From positions 5,259,478-5,323,477 of the forward strand of contig NC_068989.1 of NCBI RefSeq assembly GCF_001194135.2: a stretch of DNA of 64,000 bases, in the 5' to 3' direction. Below the pieces are notes generated by a model. The model had not been told where the DNA came from and did not search any database. It worked only from the letters and a program-made list of their open reading frames with translations. A program made the position numbers and the translations under genes. Below, piece after piece: positions 49,336-61,834 of this stretch (within the stretch, counting starts at the first letter, position 1; each line of letters begins with the position of its first letter). Origin of the DNA: Octopus bimaculoides. Taxonomy: Eukaryota.

Positions 49336-50276
49336 TAACATTGTGGGTTCCACGTCACTCCACTATGCGGCACTTTGGGCAAGCGTTTTCTACTATAGCC
49401 CTGGGCAAACCCATGCCTGATGAACGAATTTGAAAGACGGAAACTGTGTGGAAACCCGTTGCATATGCGTGGGTGTTTCTCCACCACTACCACCGTTTGA
49501 GAACCTGTGTTGTTTTCTTGTCACCGTCCTTGAAACTTAGCGGATCGGCAAATCAGGCCGATAGAACAAGTACCAGACACCAGTACAAATATATCAGTAC
49601 TTGGGTCGATTTGTTTGACTAAAAAAAAAAAAACCCCAGCATGGCAGCAATCCAATGATGTAAACAAGTAAAAGATAAACGGCAAAAGAAAAATGGGTGC
49701 AGCAACTCTGTTGTATGTTCACCCTCGTCGTCTCGTAACCACCACCATTATCGTTGTTGGTGGTGTTTAGCCCTAGGTCTGGTGAAAGAAGACTTATGAT
49801 TAGCAGCGTTCCAATGCTCTCACGTTATTTCTTTAAAGCCTATCACCGACTGCATTAATCACCCTCTTCTTAACGTTTGTAAGTCAATAGGGCGGCAATG
49901 ATTTAAAAGTATTTTCTGCTGTTTTATCTAAGTAGTTCTAGAGACCGTCTGGTTGATGTAGGGGAGAGCTCCGTCAACGTTCTCAGCGAAATTTTAGTGC
50001 TTTTAAACGGGTGTGGCACCAGTTGGATTGTAAATAGTGCCGGTTGGGTAACAGGAAACTAATTATTTGTAAAGGTAAGATGGTCTTGTTGGTGTTGTTT
50101 ACGATATCAACTGCTGTAATTTACAGTTTAGCTCTTTGTAACTGTAGAATGATGTAAGTGTTTCAACCGATGTCGCCGTCTTGCTTCATATTTCCTCCCC
50201 GAAAATGAAAAAAAAAAACAAACTAAAATGAGCTGCAGTAACTTCAATACCTAACACCGCGGTTTTTTGAATGCCT

Positions 50277-50314
<38 letters not shown>

Positions 50315-51231
50315 NNNNNNNNNNNNNNNNNNNNNNNNNNNNNNNNNNNNNNNNNNNNNNNNNNNNNNNNNNNNNNNNNNNNNNNNNNNNNNNNNNNNNN
50401 NNNNNNNNNNNNNNNNNNNNNNNNNNNNNNNNNNNNNNNNNNNNNNNNNNNNNNNNNNNNNNNNNNNNNNNNNNNNNNNNNNNNNNNNNNNNNNNNNNNN
50501 NNNNNNNNNNNNNNNNNNNNNNNNNNNNNNNNNNNNNNNNNNNNNNNNNNNNNNNNNNNNNNNNNNNNNNNNNNNNNNNNNNNNNNNNNNNNNNNNNNNN
50601 NNNNNNNNNNNNNNNNNNNNNNNNNNNNNNNNNNNNNNNNNNNNNNNNNNNNNNNNNNNNNNNNNNNNNNNNNNNNNNNNNNNNNNNNNNNNNNNNNNNN
50701 NNNNNNNNNNNNNNNNNNNNNNNNNNNNNNNNNNNNNNNNNNNNNNNNNNNNNNNNNNNNNNNNNNNNNNNNNNNNNNNNNNNNNNNNNNNNNNNNNNNN
50801 NNNNNNNNNNNNNNNNNNNNNNNNNNNNNNNNNNNNNNNNNNNNNNNNNNNNNNNNNNNNNNNNNNNNNNNNNNNNNNNNNNNNNNNNNNNNNNNNNNNN
50901 NNNNNNNNNNNNNNNNNNNNNNNNNNNNNNNNNNNNNNNNNNNNNNNNNNNNNNNNNNNNNNNNNNNNNNNNNNNNNNNNNNNNNNNNNNNNNNNNNNNN
51001 NNNNNNNNNNNNNNNNNNNNNNNNNNNNNNNNNNNNNNNNNNNNNNNNNNNNNNNNNNNNNNNNNNNNNNNNNNNNNNNNNNNNNNNNNNNNNNNNNNNN
51101 NNNNNNNNNNNNNNNNNNNNNNNNNNNNNNNNNNNNNNNNNNNNNNNNNNNNNNNNNNNNNNNNNNNNNNNNNNNNNNNNNNNNNNNNNNNNNNNNNNNN
51201 NNNNNNNNNNNNNNNNNNNNNNNNNNNNNNN

Positions 51232-51287
<56 letters not shown>

Positions 51288-52391
51288 CAAGCTTCTTTCG
51301 GTTTCCCCTCTGGCAGATCCACTCATAAGACATTGGTCGACCAGAAGCTATAGTAGAAGACACTTGCTCAAAGTGCCATGCAAAGGGACTGAACCCGGAA
51401 CCGTGTGGTTGGGAAGCAAGCTTCTTACCACTGTGTGTGTAAGTGCTTGTGTATGTCTGTGAATATGTCTTGTGTTCGTGTATGTCTCTGTGTGTGTGTG
51501 TGTGTTTTTGTGCGTTTGCATATGTGTATGGCTTAGAATTGATTCTGTTGATTACTAACTTTAGACCGGACAGTCTTGTTTTTTTTGAGGGGTGGGGTTC
51601 TTTTTTAGCATTCTATTCTTCGTCCGGCAACAAGTCGAGCCGGGCGTTAATTTTGCCTTTTGAGACAACGACTAAAAAGAAGAAAAAAAAAAAAAAAAAA
51701 AAAANNNNNNNNNNNNNNNNNNNNNNNNNNNNNNNNNNNNNNNNNNNNNNNNNNNNNNNNNNNNNNNNNNNNNNNNNNNNNNNNNNNNNNNNNNNNNNNN
51801 NNNNNNNNNNNNNNNNNNNNNNNNNNNNNNNNNNNNNNNNNNNNNNNNNNNNNNNNNNNNNNNNNNNNNNNNNNNNNNNNNNNNNNNNNNNNNNNNNNNN
51901 NNNNNNNNNNNNNNNNNNNNNNNNNNNNNNNNNNNNNNNNNNNNNNNNNNNNNNNNNNNNNNNNNNNNNNNNNNNNNNNNNNNNNNNNNNNNNNNNNNNN
52001 NNNNNNNNNNNNNNNNNNNNNNNNNNNNNNNNNNNNNNNNCTACGTGATGATGTGTTATATTATTTTATATGTTATATTGTTGTTTTTTTTTTGTTTTAA
52101 ATTAGTATTCGCTGCCTCGTAGTAGTGTACAGCTCACAGTGTTGACACATAGGAGAGAAGCTTGGCCAAGGCCACCGTGGAAAGTAGTTGACTTGTTTTT
52201 CTCTTCCTGTTTAAACAACTAAAGTAATGTCGAAAAAAGAAAAAAAAGGTTAGATTTAACCAACAATTGGCCAAAGGTTATGGATTTATTGTGTAAAACA
52301 GAAAAGATAACTTTAATTTTTTTTCTTTTTGTGATGTAAAATTTGGCAGTAAAGAAAGAAGTAGAGATCAATGAAGCGGTATTGCAAGTAG

Positions 52392-52442
52392 ACACCCGGT
52401 TAACACCCGGTTAACACCCGGTTAACACCCGGTTAACACCCG
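52392..52442. repeat. 11-bp tandem repeat (ACACCCGGTTA)x4.5
   Basis: Direct reading. Confidence 0.9.
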
Positions 52443-53049
52443 CAGTAACATTTGACTGTAGCTGAAATGGTCAGGGTGAACGGACGCATACATACATACA
52501 AGCCCGGGTACTCGCAGAGTGATCGTGCAAATAGAGGTGGGGGAGAAGTAGGGCATTGGTAGTAGAAGCTTGCAGAGAAATGAGGCCAGGAAGGCGCCGC
52601 TGAGAAGTGTTGTTACGGTAAGGAATGGTTGAGATTTGTATAGTAAACTTGAGGCCCGTATCTAGAGTGCGTGTAGTTCGTGGGGGTGGACAGAATGATA
52701 TAGTAATATGGCTGGGAGTATGGAGGAGAGCGGAGGGTCGGTATATTAAGTAAACACAGTTAGCAAGTAAACCCAATAATATGCAATGCACATATGACAC
52801 ACATAGTGTGCAGAGTCATATGCAAAGTGTCTGCACACAGCTGCGCATAACAAATTCAACGTTGCCGTCAAAAGTGCAGTTAATGGTTCACCGCCAGTTT
52901 CGACGATGACCATTGCATGGCTTGATCGACTGAATTACCTGCTACTTGCCCTTTGAATTAGCATGTATGTGGCTGAGTATTCCACAGACTCATGTACTCA
53001 TAACGTAACGTAATTGCTGACATAAAAAAAAAAAAAAACGCACGAGAAT

Positions 53050-53665
53050 ATTATTCTGGTTAGTTCCTCTCTTGCTTCGACTGCAACTCTTGCCACTCCG
53101 AGGTGGCGTCGCCATTCTTACTTTTCTCGTTATTGCCATAAGAAGTGCTCTGAAGAACTTTCCTTCTTAGTTCCAGATCACTTTGTACCACCTCACCTGA
53201 CTCGAAACTCACTCCGTCTTCATCCAAATGCTGTTGTGCTTCCGCGAATAAGGAAGTCTTTTTACAGTTGTAGCTTTTTTTCCTTCCTCGAATTGCCAGA
53301 CATTGCAATTCTCTTCCATCTCATTGTTCNNNNNNNNNNNNNNNNNNNNNNNNNNNNNNNNNNNNNNNNNNNNNNNNNNNNNNNNNNNNNNNNNNNNNNN
53401 NNNNNNNNNNNNNNNNNNNNNNNNNNNNNNNNNNNNNNNNNNNNNNNNNNNNNNNNNNNNNNNNNNNNNNNNNNNNNNNNNNNNNNNNNNNNNNNNNNNN
53501 NNNNNNNNNNNNNNNNNNNNNNNNNNNNNNNNNNNNNNNNNNNNNNNNNNNNNNNNNNNNNNNNNNNNNNNNNNNNNNNAATTTCTCCTTCTCTTTGGTT
53601 CCTTACACTAAGTGACTTTTCGCCTTGTTTGGGATTTTCAATTAAGGAAAAGAAAAGAAAAAAAA
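53050..53665 (+). mobile_element. CR1/L2-like LINE 3' end (ORF2 C-terminus, gap, UTR, A-rich tail)
   Basis: YFSRYCHKKCSEELSFLVPDHF...HPNAVVLPRIRKSFYSCSFF, frameshift, PRIARHCNSLPSHC (CSxEL...SFFPRT..WNSLP-like). Confidence 0.7.
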
Positions 53666-54556
53666 TTAGACGCACCGTAATTTCAGCAGTTTTTAATGCA
53701 TAAAAGCTTATGGAAAACCTAACCTTACCTATAGGACCCGGGGTTACTTTAGGAACATCTTTAGGGGGTGGGCTGGGAGATGCTTCATATGTACCATCAA
53801 ATACGATGAATCTCAGGTAGTAAAAGAGAGATACAAAGAGTGACAAGGCTGGCTTTTTTTTCAAGGATAGTTACAATCCTCAGAACACCCGGAAGTGTGG
53901 GCCTCCAACCAGGCCTTTCGCGATACCCTTAAAGTCAGGAACTTTTCAGCACCCTCCTCGTATATATGCACGAATGTCTCTATGTATACATGTATGTATG
54001 CACTAACATATACACACACATGTATGATTTTGTTTTACTTGTTTAATCAAAAAGTTAGGGGTCACACTTTTTTCAGAGCCTTTCAGACAGGTGAAAGGAA
54101 GTCTGGGGTTAGTGGGGAGAATTATTCTGGAACCGGAGCCCTAACCCAAATGCTTGTAATGGAGCGAACTCTACTAAAGGAATCCGAAGAACAAGATGAT
54201 GATGCGAAACCGGACAACGCCATTGCGTATGCGAAACATGTATGCTTTCCTTCATCCTTCTGTGCGTGCACCTATGCCTGTGTGTTTTACGATGCGTGAC
54301 TCGTACTGGTAAGTCTTGCCCTTAACACTAGATTTAACAGCGAATTAGAAGGAGGAACGGAATGAAACACTAATGCGTGATTAATTAGCGTTCCCCCACC
54401 CCTCTTTTCTTTTTCATATCGTTTTGTTGTTTGTTCTTTCGTTTCTTTTTTGTCCTGACTTACAATATGCACTAGACTGATAGCGGGTACATTTGCACTG
54501 GAGCATAACTGTACACTCAACTGACACACACCCTCGTACGAGCTCATATATATATG

Positions 54557-54655
<99 letters not shown>

Positions 54656-54703
54656 GTGTATGTATTTATATACACATATGTATGTGTATATATACATATA
54701 TCA

Positions 54704-54736
<33 letters not shown>

Positions 54737-54940
54737 GAGTAGGAGAGAGAGATAATGTGGAGAACCATGAAAAGGTCGTCTACAACTATTCTTGTAATCT
54801 GTAGACCATTTCCACCACTGGTTCAGCCAGAAGTAGTGGTAAGAGATGGGAAATGAGCATCTGCTTCCGTACGTATGTGTATGTATCTTAGTGAGTGAAT
54901 GTGTGTGTGTGTGAAAGAGAGAGGGAGAGAGAGAGAGAGA

Positions 54941-54994
<54 letters not shown>

Positions 54995-55487
54995 TGGGGG
55001 TATGTGTATGTCAGTGTGTATGATTAAGTTGTCTGGGATTGTCTGAAATATTAGACAAGGTCTTTTAATACTAGAACAGGGAACAAAAATGAAAATGTCT
55101 TGCGGTCACGTCCTCCTTATTTTCGAGTTCAAACCCTGGCAAGGCCGACTTTAGATTTCGTCCTTGTGGGGGGCCTGACAAAATAATATATCAGTCAATT
55201 ACTGAAGGTGATTTAATCAACTAGATTCCCTCCACCTCGATACCCTTCGCCTGTTCCTGAAATTACTAGAATAAATTGCCAAGCATATAGGTGCAAGCAT
55301 GGGTATGTAGTTAAGAGGCTCTCCTTGCAACCACCTGGTTCTGGGTTCAATCTCAGTGCGCGGCAACATGGGTAAGTGTTTTCTACTATCACCTCGGGCC
55401 AACCAAAGCCTTGGGAACGACATGATAAAGCTGACACCCACCCCAACCCTCCTCTCCAAAACTCTGTCACATCGTGTTTATATTTAA

Positions 55488-55718
55488 CCCTTTAGGATTA
55501 CGATTACTCGGTCAAATTCTTTCCTTTGCTTGTTTCCTTTGCTTGTTTCCGTCATTTGATTCCTGTCATGCTGGAGCACCGCCTTAAAGGATTTTTATCC
55601 TATCGGTTTCTTTTGCCGAACCGCTAAGTTATGGGGGCATAAACACATCAAAATCGGTTGTCAAGTGATAGCAGAGGTGGGAGTGGTGGGGGAAAACACA
55701 CACGCGCACGCACACACG

Positions 55719-55762
<44 letters not shown>

Positions 55763-56099
55763 CGACGAGCTTCTTTCAGTTTCCGTCTACCAAATCCACT
55801 CACAAGGTTTTGGTCAGCCCGATGCTATAGTAGAAGACACTTGCCCAAGGTGCCATGCAATGAGACTGAACCCAGAACCATGTGGTTGGGAAGCAAACTT
55901 CTTACCACACAACCACCCTGCGCTTAAATGTCAGTTATTTATTCACATTGTTTTGAATTATTCATGCATTAAATTGTAGTCTTGAGATTTCGATGATGTA
56001 ATTGTAAATTTTTAGAATGACATTGTAGGGTAGGTGTGAGAGGCTGGATCTGGCTGGTCTGAACATAAGCCAGATATGGCCGACTGAAATGCTAAAAGG
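55488..56099. mobile_element. piggyBac-type MITE interrupted by a full SINE B (about 55518-55922, minus strand)
   Basis: TTAA at 55484-55487 then CCCTTTAG(G)ATT. The right end is AATGCTAAAAGG followed by TCAA (degenerate TTAA) at 56100-56103. Confidence 0.7.
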
Positions 56100-56876
56100 T
56101 CAAAGTCAACAGAATGTAGTGTCAAACGGACAGCGTCGCCACTCCTCCGCTCCGAAATCTGTGCCCCTGTGAAGTCATTGTTGCAAGACCAATACTATCA
56201 CAAGAATCAAAATGGTAATGGAGAATAAATCTATATTTTGCTACAATAGAAAACGGCAGGAATTCAAAGAGAAATTTGAATAAAATAATTCTCCATTATG
56301 AAGCAGAGGGGAAAAATATAGATAAGAAATAGAATAATTTATCACTAAATTTCTATATTTTACTTTGAAATCTAGGTTTTTCTCTTTGCTATTGATTGTT
56401 GTTTTTGTTATTGGTAGTGTTATTGTTGTTGTTGATGTTGCTGTTGTTTAACACCACGACTTCTCAAATCGAGCTGACACATGATCAACGACGTTTCAGC
56501 CGTGACCATGTCGTTTTATATATATATAAAAAAATAACAAGGTACATTATCTTGCGTCTTTTACATGTTGCAGTCATTAGACTGCGGTCATGCTGGGGCA
56601 CTGCCTTGAAGAGTTTTTAGTCGAACGAATTAATCCCAGTGCTTTTTTCTAAAACCTGATCCTTATAATATCGGTCACTTTTACTGAATCGCTATGTTAC
56701 GGGAGACGTAAACACACCGTCACCGGATGTCAAGCGATGTTGGGGGCCAAACACAGACACAAAGGCACATATACACGAATGAATATATATGTTTCAATAT
56801 ATATTTCAATATGTAACCGCGTGTGTATCGTTGGCGATTTTCTTTCTCCGTCTTCCCTTCTTTGGACTTTTCCTAT

Positions 56877-56911
56877 ATTTCTGATGAAGAGATCCGCTCG
56901 AAACGTGAAAT
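56877..56911 (+). ncRNA. Minimal type I hammerhead-like motif in a Penelope-like terminal fragment (about 56815-57010)
   Basis: ATTT-CTGATGA-A-GAG/ATCCG/CTC-GAAAC-GTG-AAAT: exact core, stem I ATTT:AAAT, palindromic ACGT. The triplet is GUG, which is non-canonical. Confidence 0.55.
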
Positions 56912-57564
56912 CCTCTTTCTTTTCTTTTCTTTCCTGGGGGTTCAATAACACTGTACTTATTCCACATCCTCGCGTTGTTGTTTTTCTCTTTTTTTGGTCA
57001 TGTTTGGATTGACTATATATATATATATATATATATNNNNNNNNNNNNNNNNNNNNNNNNNNNNNNNNNNNNNNNNNNNNNNNNNNNNNNNNNNNNNNNN
57101 NNNNNNNNNNNNNNNNNNNNNNNNNNNNNNNNNNNNNNNNNNNNNNNNNNNNNNNNNNNNNNNNNNNNNNNNNNNNNNNNNNNNNNNNNNNNNNNNNNNN
57201 NNNNNNNNNNNNNNNNNNNNNNNNNNNNNNNNNNNNNNNNNNNNNNNNNNNNNNNNNNNNNNNNNNNNNNNNNNNNNNNNNNNNNNNNNNNNNNNNNNNN
57301 NNNNNNNNNNNNNNNNNNNNATATCATTTCATATATGTCTCATTCTTATAGAATTATGTTTAATATAAAAAAAAAAAAAGCAGAAAACGGGTTTATAGAT
57401 ATTACGTTCAGCATATGTTACCATTTACACATAATCCAAATTTATGTTGATGCAGCCTTCATATTGTAAAGGCGAGGGTGGAGATTGTGTATGCCATGTT
57501 GATGGCAGTGGTGTATAGTATTCTTGGTGGTAGCAGTGGTTGAGTGAGCGAGATGGTCACACAC

Positions 57565-57613
<49 letters not shown>

Positions 57614-57922
57614 AACACACACATATGATGGTGGCGGTGGATGTAGTGGGGCAGTAACTCCCCAAAATATTGTATTGCATAAATGCTCACACGCACGTGC
57701 GAGTGTGTGTGCCTATGTGTGTATGCATATATATCTAAATCTATATCCATATCTATATCTACCTCTCTATCTATCTATACACACACACATACGTCCATGC
57801 ATAGTTAGATACATACACACACTCACACACATATAAATATATAAACAGATATATATATACCCGCACATGTATCTATCTATAGACAGAGAGGCAGACAGAC
57901 AGACAGACAGACAGACAGATAG

Positions 57923-57982
<60 letters not shown>

Positions 57983-58484
57983 TGACTGACAGACAGATAG
58001 CCATACCGATATACCTGAAGGTTTTATTTGGAGTTCAGAAATATATAAAACATAAAAAACAGTAACTCATTTCCTGCTCCAATTCTTTATCTTCATCCTC
58101 ATCAAATCTCGAAGTTCCTCTTATCAGACGGGTAAACACTTTGATGTCAACAGCTGCTGAAACCATTAAAATAATGGTCATCGTATTATAGAAACTATTC
58201 CAGCTGTGTCAAACACTGTGTAGAATGGTTGTGATGGTCTTGGCGGTGGTGGTGGTGGTGGTGGTGATGGCAGTATTAGTGATAGTGCTGTGGTGTTGAT
58301 CGTGGTAACTGCGTGCTTCGTGTTGTTGTTGTTGTTGATGATGTTGGTACTCGATGTGTACAAAACTGTTGTGGTGACTACACTATTTTACGGATGTAAA
58401 ACCTGGCCAAGTTACCCCTAAGATGGGAAAGAAAAAAAAAACAAACAAACAACATAACCACTTTCTCTTAGCATAGTAAGTTAG

Positions 58485-59160
58485 CTCTCTCTGTGCCATG
58501 AGGCACATAAGGCCGCTACACGATCTCTGCAACCAGTTCTAGTTTCTTATTTCCTTATTGCCCACAAGGGGCTAAACACAGAGGGGACAAACAAGGACAG
58601 ACATAGGAATTAAGTCGATTACATCGACCGCAGTGCGTAACTGGCATGAAAGGCAAAATCGACCTCGGTGGAATTTGAACTCAGAACGTAACGACAGACG
58701 AAATACTAATAAGCATTTCGCCCGGCGCGTTAACGTTTCTGCCAGCTCGCCGCCTATTCTAGTTGTAGTTTCTACCACTGTTTTGGCCTTATTCTAACTT
58801 CTCCACTCTTCTTGTCTCTTTTCCTTCTCAATGGTCCTTCGCCGTGCAGTTTTAGGCCACTTTGGTGCTCTTTTACTCAGGGTCTTACTTTAGTGCCACC
58901 ATACAACTGCTTTTCCGATCTTATCTGAGGACATATCCAATCCAGTCCTAGCATCTGCGTTCCATTTCGTCACTGATCCTGTTGATGCCCGTTATCGTCT
59001 CACTTGTATCGTTTCGCACTTTGTAGCCATTTGATGTCGAGTATCCTCCTTAAATGTGCGAGTAAGTAGCTGTCCATTGTTTTTGTTTCCACCCACCATT
59101 TCTGTCTCTTTCCAATTTTCACATCCGTAGAATAATATTGGTCGGACTAACATGCCTGCA
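58485..59160 (-). mobile_element. RTE-clade LINE 3' fragment, interrupted by a SINE A
   Basis: VRPILFYGCENWK...HLRRILDIKW...WIGYVLR...RRTIEKEK, and after the SINE, RDRVAALCASWH. These are RTE ORF C-terminal motifs. Confidence 0.8.
58545..58756 (-). mobile_element. SINE A with an 8-bp TSD inside the RTE fragment
   Basis: TTCTAGTT at 58537-58544 and 58757-58764. Confidence 0.85.
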
Positions 59161-59620
59161 AAAAATTATCAACACCAAGTGATTAGAGAAAACTCTTAAT
59201 ACTACTGTTCCAGGGGGTGGGGTTAATATGTGAAGCAGGTATGCTTTCTTAAGGAAACTCCAACTGCGATATGGTGGGCATTGAACGTGCATACTCGACT
59301 CCAGAATTCCGAAATAGATAGTCTTTGATGAACTAGCAGTTTGCTCTTGGACCAAAGAAGAGATACACAGACTCAAAATTACCTTGAAAATGTGAAACTT
59401 GATGTCTACTTGGGAACATCTTGCTCAAGACCACTCGCTGTGGCCTTAGTGCTTGTATATTCTAGAGTACAGCAGTCAGAATCAGAAATGATCAGAGAAA
59501 TTAAAGGGAGGAGGGCTGAACAGGAAGCAAAAGTCTCAATGGTTTCTAATTCTGATATTATGTGCTGCTAATGTAACCATGGATTTTATGCCAATATTGG
59601 CCTAATAACCCACTCCTGCG
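59161..59620 (+). mobile_element. Second RTE-clade (BovB/Expander-like) LINE 3' fragment
   Basis: Decayed LQLRYGGH.ER..DSRIPK.IVFDEL...STWEHLAQD...CC.CNHGF..NIGL.TH, including the C-terminal Cys/His motif. Confidence 0.7.
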
Positions 59621-60142
59621 TCTATATATATATATATATTCTTTTTGTTTGAGTGTATGTATGTATATAAACACAGACACACACACATATTTTGGTCAGT
59701 TCAGTCTCCTGTTACTCTCAGTTTCACCTTCGGTGCAAAGGGTCTTTAGTCAAGTCAGGACTTGCCTACACGAGTTGCATCTACAAGCGAAACTCGGAGT
59801 AGAAAGATACTTGCTCGACCAAAAGATAAATGTTATTAATCTCTGTTATGGTATCGAGTACTAATTTTTCCGATAGTCAACACCGAACGTCTAGATCGGT
59901 GTGGAAAGAGACCTGAGTTACGAGACGAAGTCGCTGCTTCAGTTTTAAAAGAAAAAGAAAAAAAAAGCCTCCATATTCTCTACATGTACTGAACAACCCT
60001 TTCTCATTCATTCGCCATACATACATACTTACATACATACTTACATGCATAAATATATACATAAATACACGTATGCATAAATACATACCTATGTATATAT
60101 ACATACACATACATCATAGAGAGAGGGAGAGACAGAGTGGAG

Positions 60143-60219
<77 letters not shown>

Positions 60220-61120
60220 ATATTTTTAATTAACAATTCGTGCTATTCGCTTTCATAACACGAACCACGATAAAAGTTGAATATTTTTCACACGCTACCG
60301 TATATATGTGAAGTGTGTGGGAGAGTGTGTTGTGTGCATATGTGTGTGTACAAAACATGATAACCATGTGGGATACCTCTCACACTCACACATGCACACA
60401 CTCACATGCACACACTCACACTCACACACTCACACACACGTACATATATATAGTTGTTTTGTGCTTACCAAACTGATAGCTGACGAGACCTCAATTCTTA
60501 TTCCCTGTTATTGGCTACTAAAGTATATTTTCCTTTTTCTAAAAGTGTCTCCACCACATATCACACAAAACCACCACCACCACCACCACCACCACCACCA
60601 CCAACACCACCACCATCATCATCATCATCATCACCACTACTAACATTTCCTTCACAAAGATTAATTAAAGAAAAGATACCAGACGAGATCGTCTCCGTCC
60701 TTGGTTCTCTATCGTTTGTACCGCAGCGCCCCCTTTCACCAACTTACGTTGTATCAAAGCATCTTTTCCATGTTTTATTTTTTACTTGTTTCAGTAAATT
60801 TCACTTGACGAAAGCCTCGCGGCCATACTGGGACATCGCCTCGAGGTTTCTAGTCGAATAACTCGATCCCTGAACTTACTTTTTCAAGCCTGCTAATTAC
60901 TCTAATTGGGCTTATTTGAAGTAGTAAATTTGCAAAAGTCTTTTGAGTATCGGACACATACTTTGCTGTATTTGTTCCGGATGTTTGGTTTCTAAGTTCA
61001 AAATCACAGCGTTAAATAGGCCAGTCATGGTCGAGCAGTCCTATGAGTGGACTGGAGTATATATGTGTGTGTGTGTGTGTGTGTTCCGCAATAATTCGCA
61101 CTCAGATATTTTCTCACACC

Positions 61121-61168
61121 GTCTCCGATAAAGGGATATCCATAATATCCCAGAAACAGCTGTAAGAC
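61121..61168 (+). ncRNA. Type I hammerhead-like motif within a probable Penelope-like terminal fragment (about 61090-61385)
   Basis: GTCT-CCGATAA-A-GGGATA/TCCATAA/TATCCC-A-GAAAC-AGCT-GTA-AGAC: perfect stem I, 6-bp stem II, palindromic ACAGCTGT stem III, GUA triplet. The core has two transitions relative to CTGATGA. Confidence 0.7.
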
Positions 61169-61386
61169 TATTTCATTATAAATGTCCTGAAAACTCCTCA
61201 CAGCCTTGGATTTGTTATCTCATTCTGTCTAACATATACATGCATGCTAATACAAGACCCACATTAGACTCCTCACTCGTATCATAATCGAACCAAGAGT
61301 TTAACCACGATTTATCCATAGCACTTACTTAGCCTTACCCGACACTCTTTGGGTCTTCTAGATACCAATACCTCTCTTACCCTCGC

Positions 61387-61457
<71 letters not shown>

Positions 61458-61776
61458 NNNNNNNNNNNNNNNNNNNNNNNNNNNNNNNNNNNNNNNNNNN
61501 NNNNNNNNNNNNNNNNNNNNNNNNNNNNNNNNNNNNNNNNNNNNNNNNNNNNNNNNNNNNNNNNNNNNNNNNNNNNNNNNNNNNNNNNNNNNNNNNNNNN
61601 NNNNNNNNNNNNNNNNNNNNNNNNNNNNNNNNNNNNNNNNNNNNNNNNNNNNNNNNNNNNNNNNNNNNNNNNNNNNNNNNNNNNNNNNNNNNNNNNNNNN
61701 NNNNNNNNNNNNNNNNNNNNNNNNNNNNNNNNNNNNNNNNNNNNNNNNNNNNNNNNNNNNNNNNNNNNNNNNNNNN

Positions 61777-61834
<58 letters not shown>

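Noticed and set aside
52480-52800. 109-aa minus-strand ORF with a faint CR1-like C-terminal flavour
   Set aside because: The motifs are scattered over three frames and too degenerate to call.
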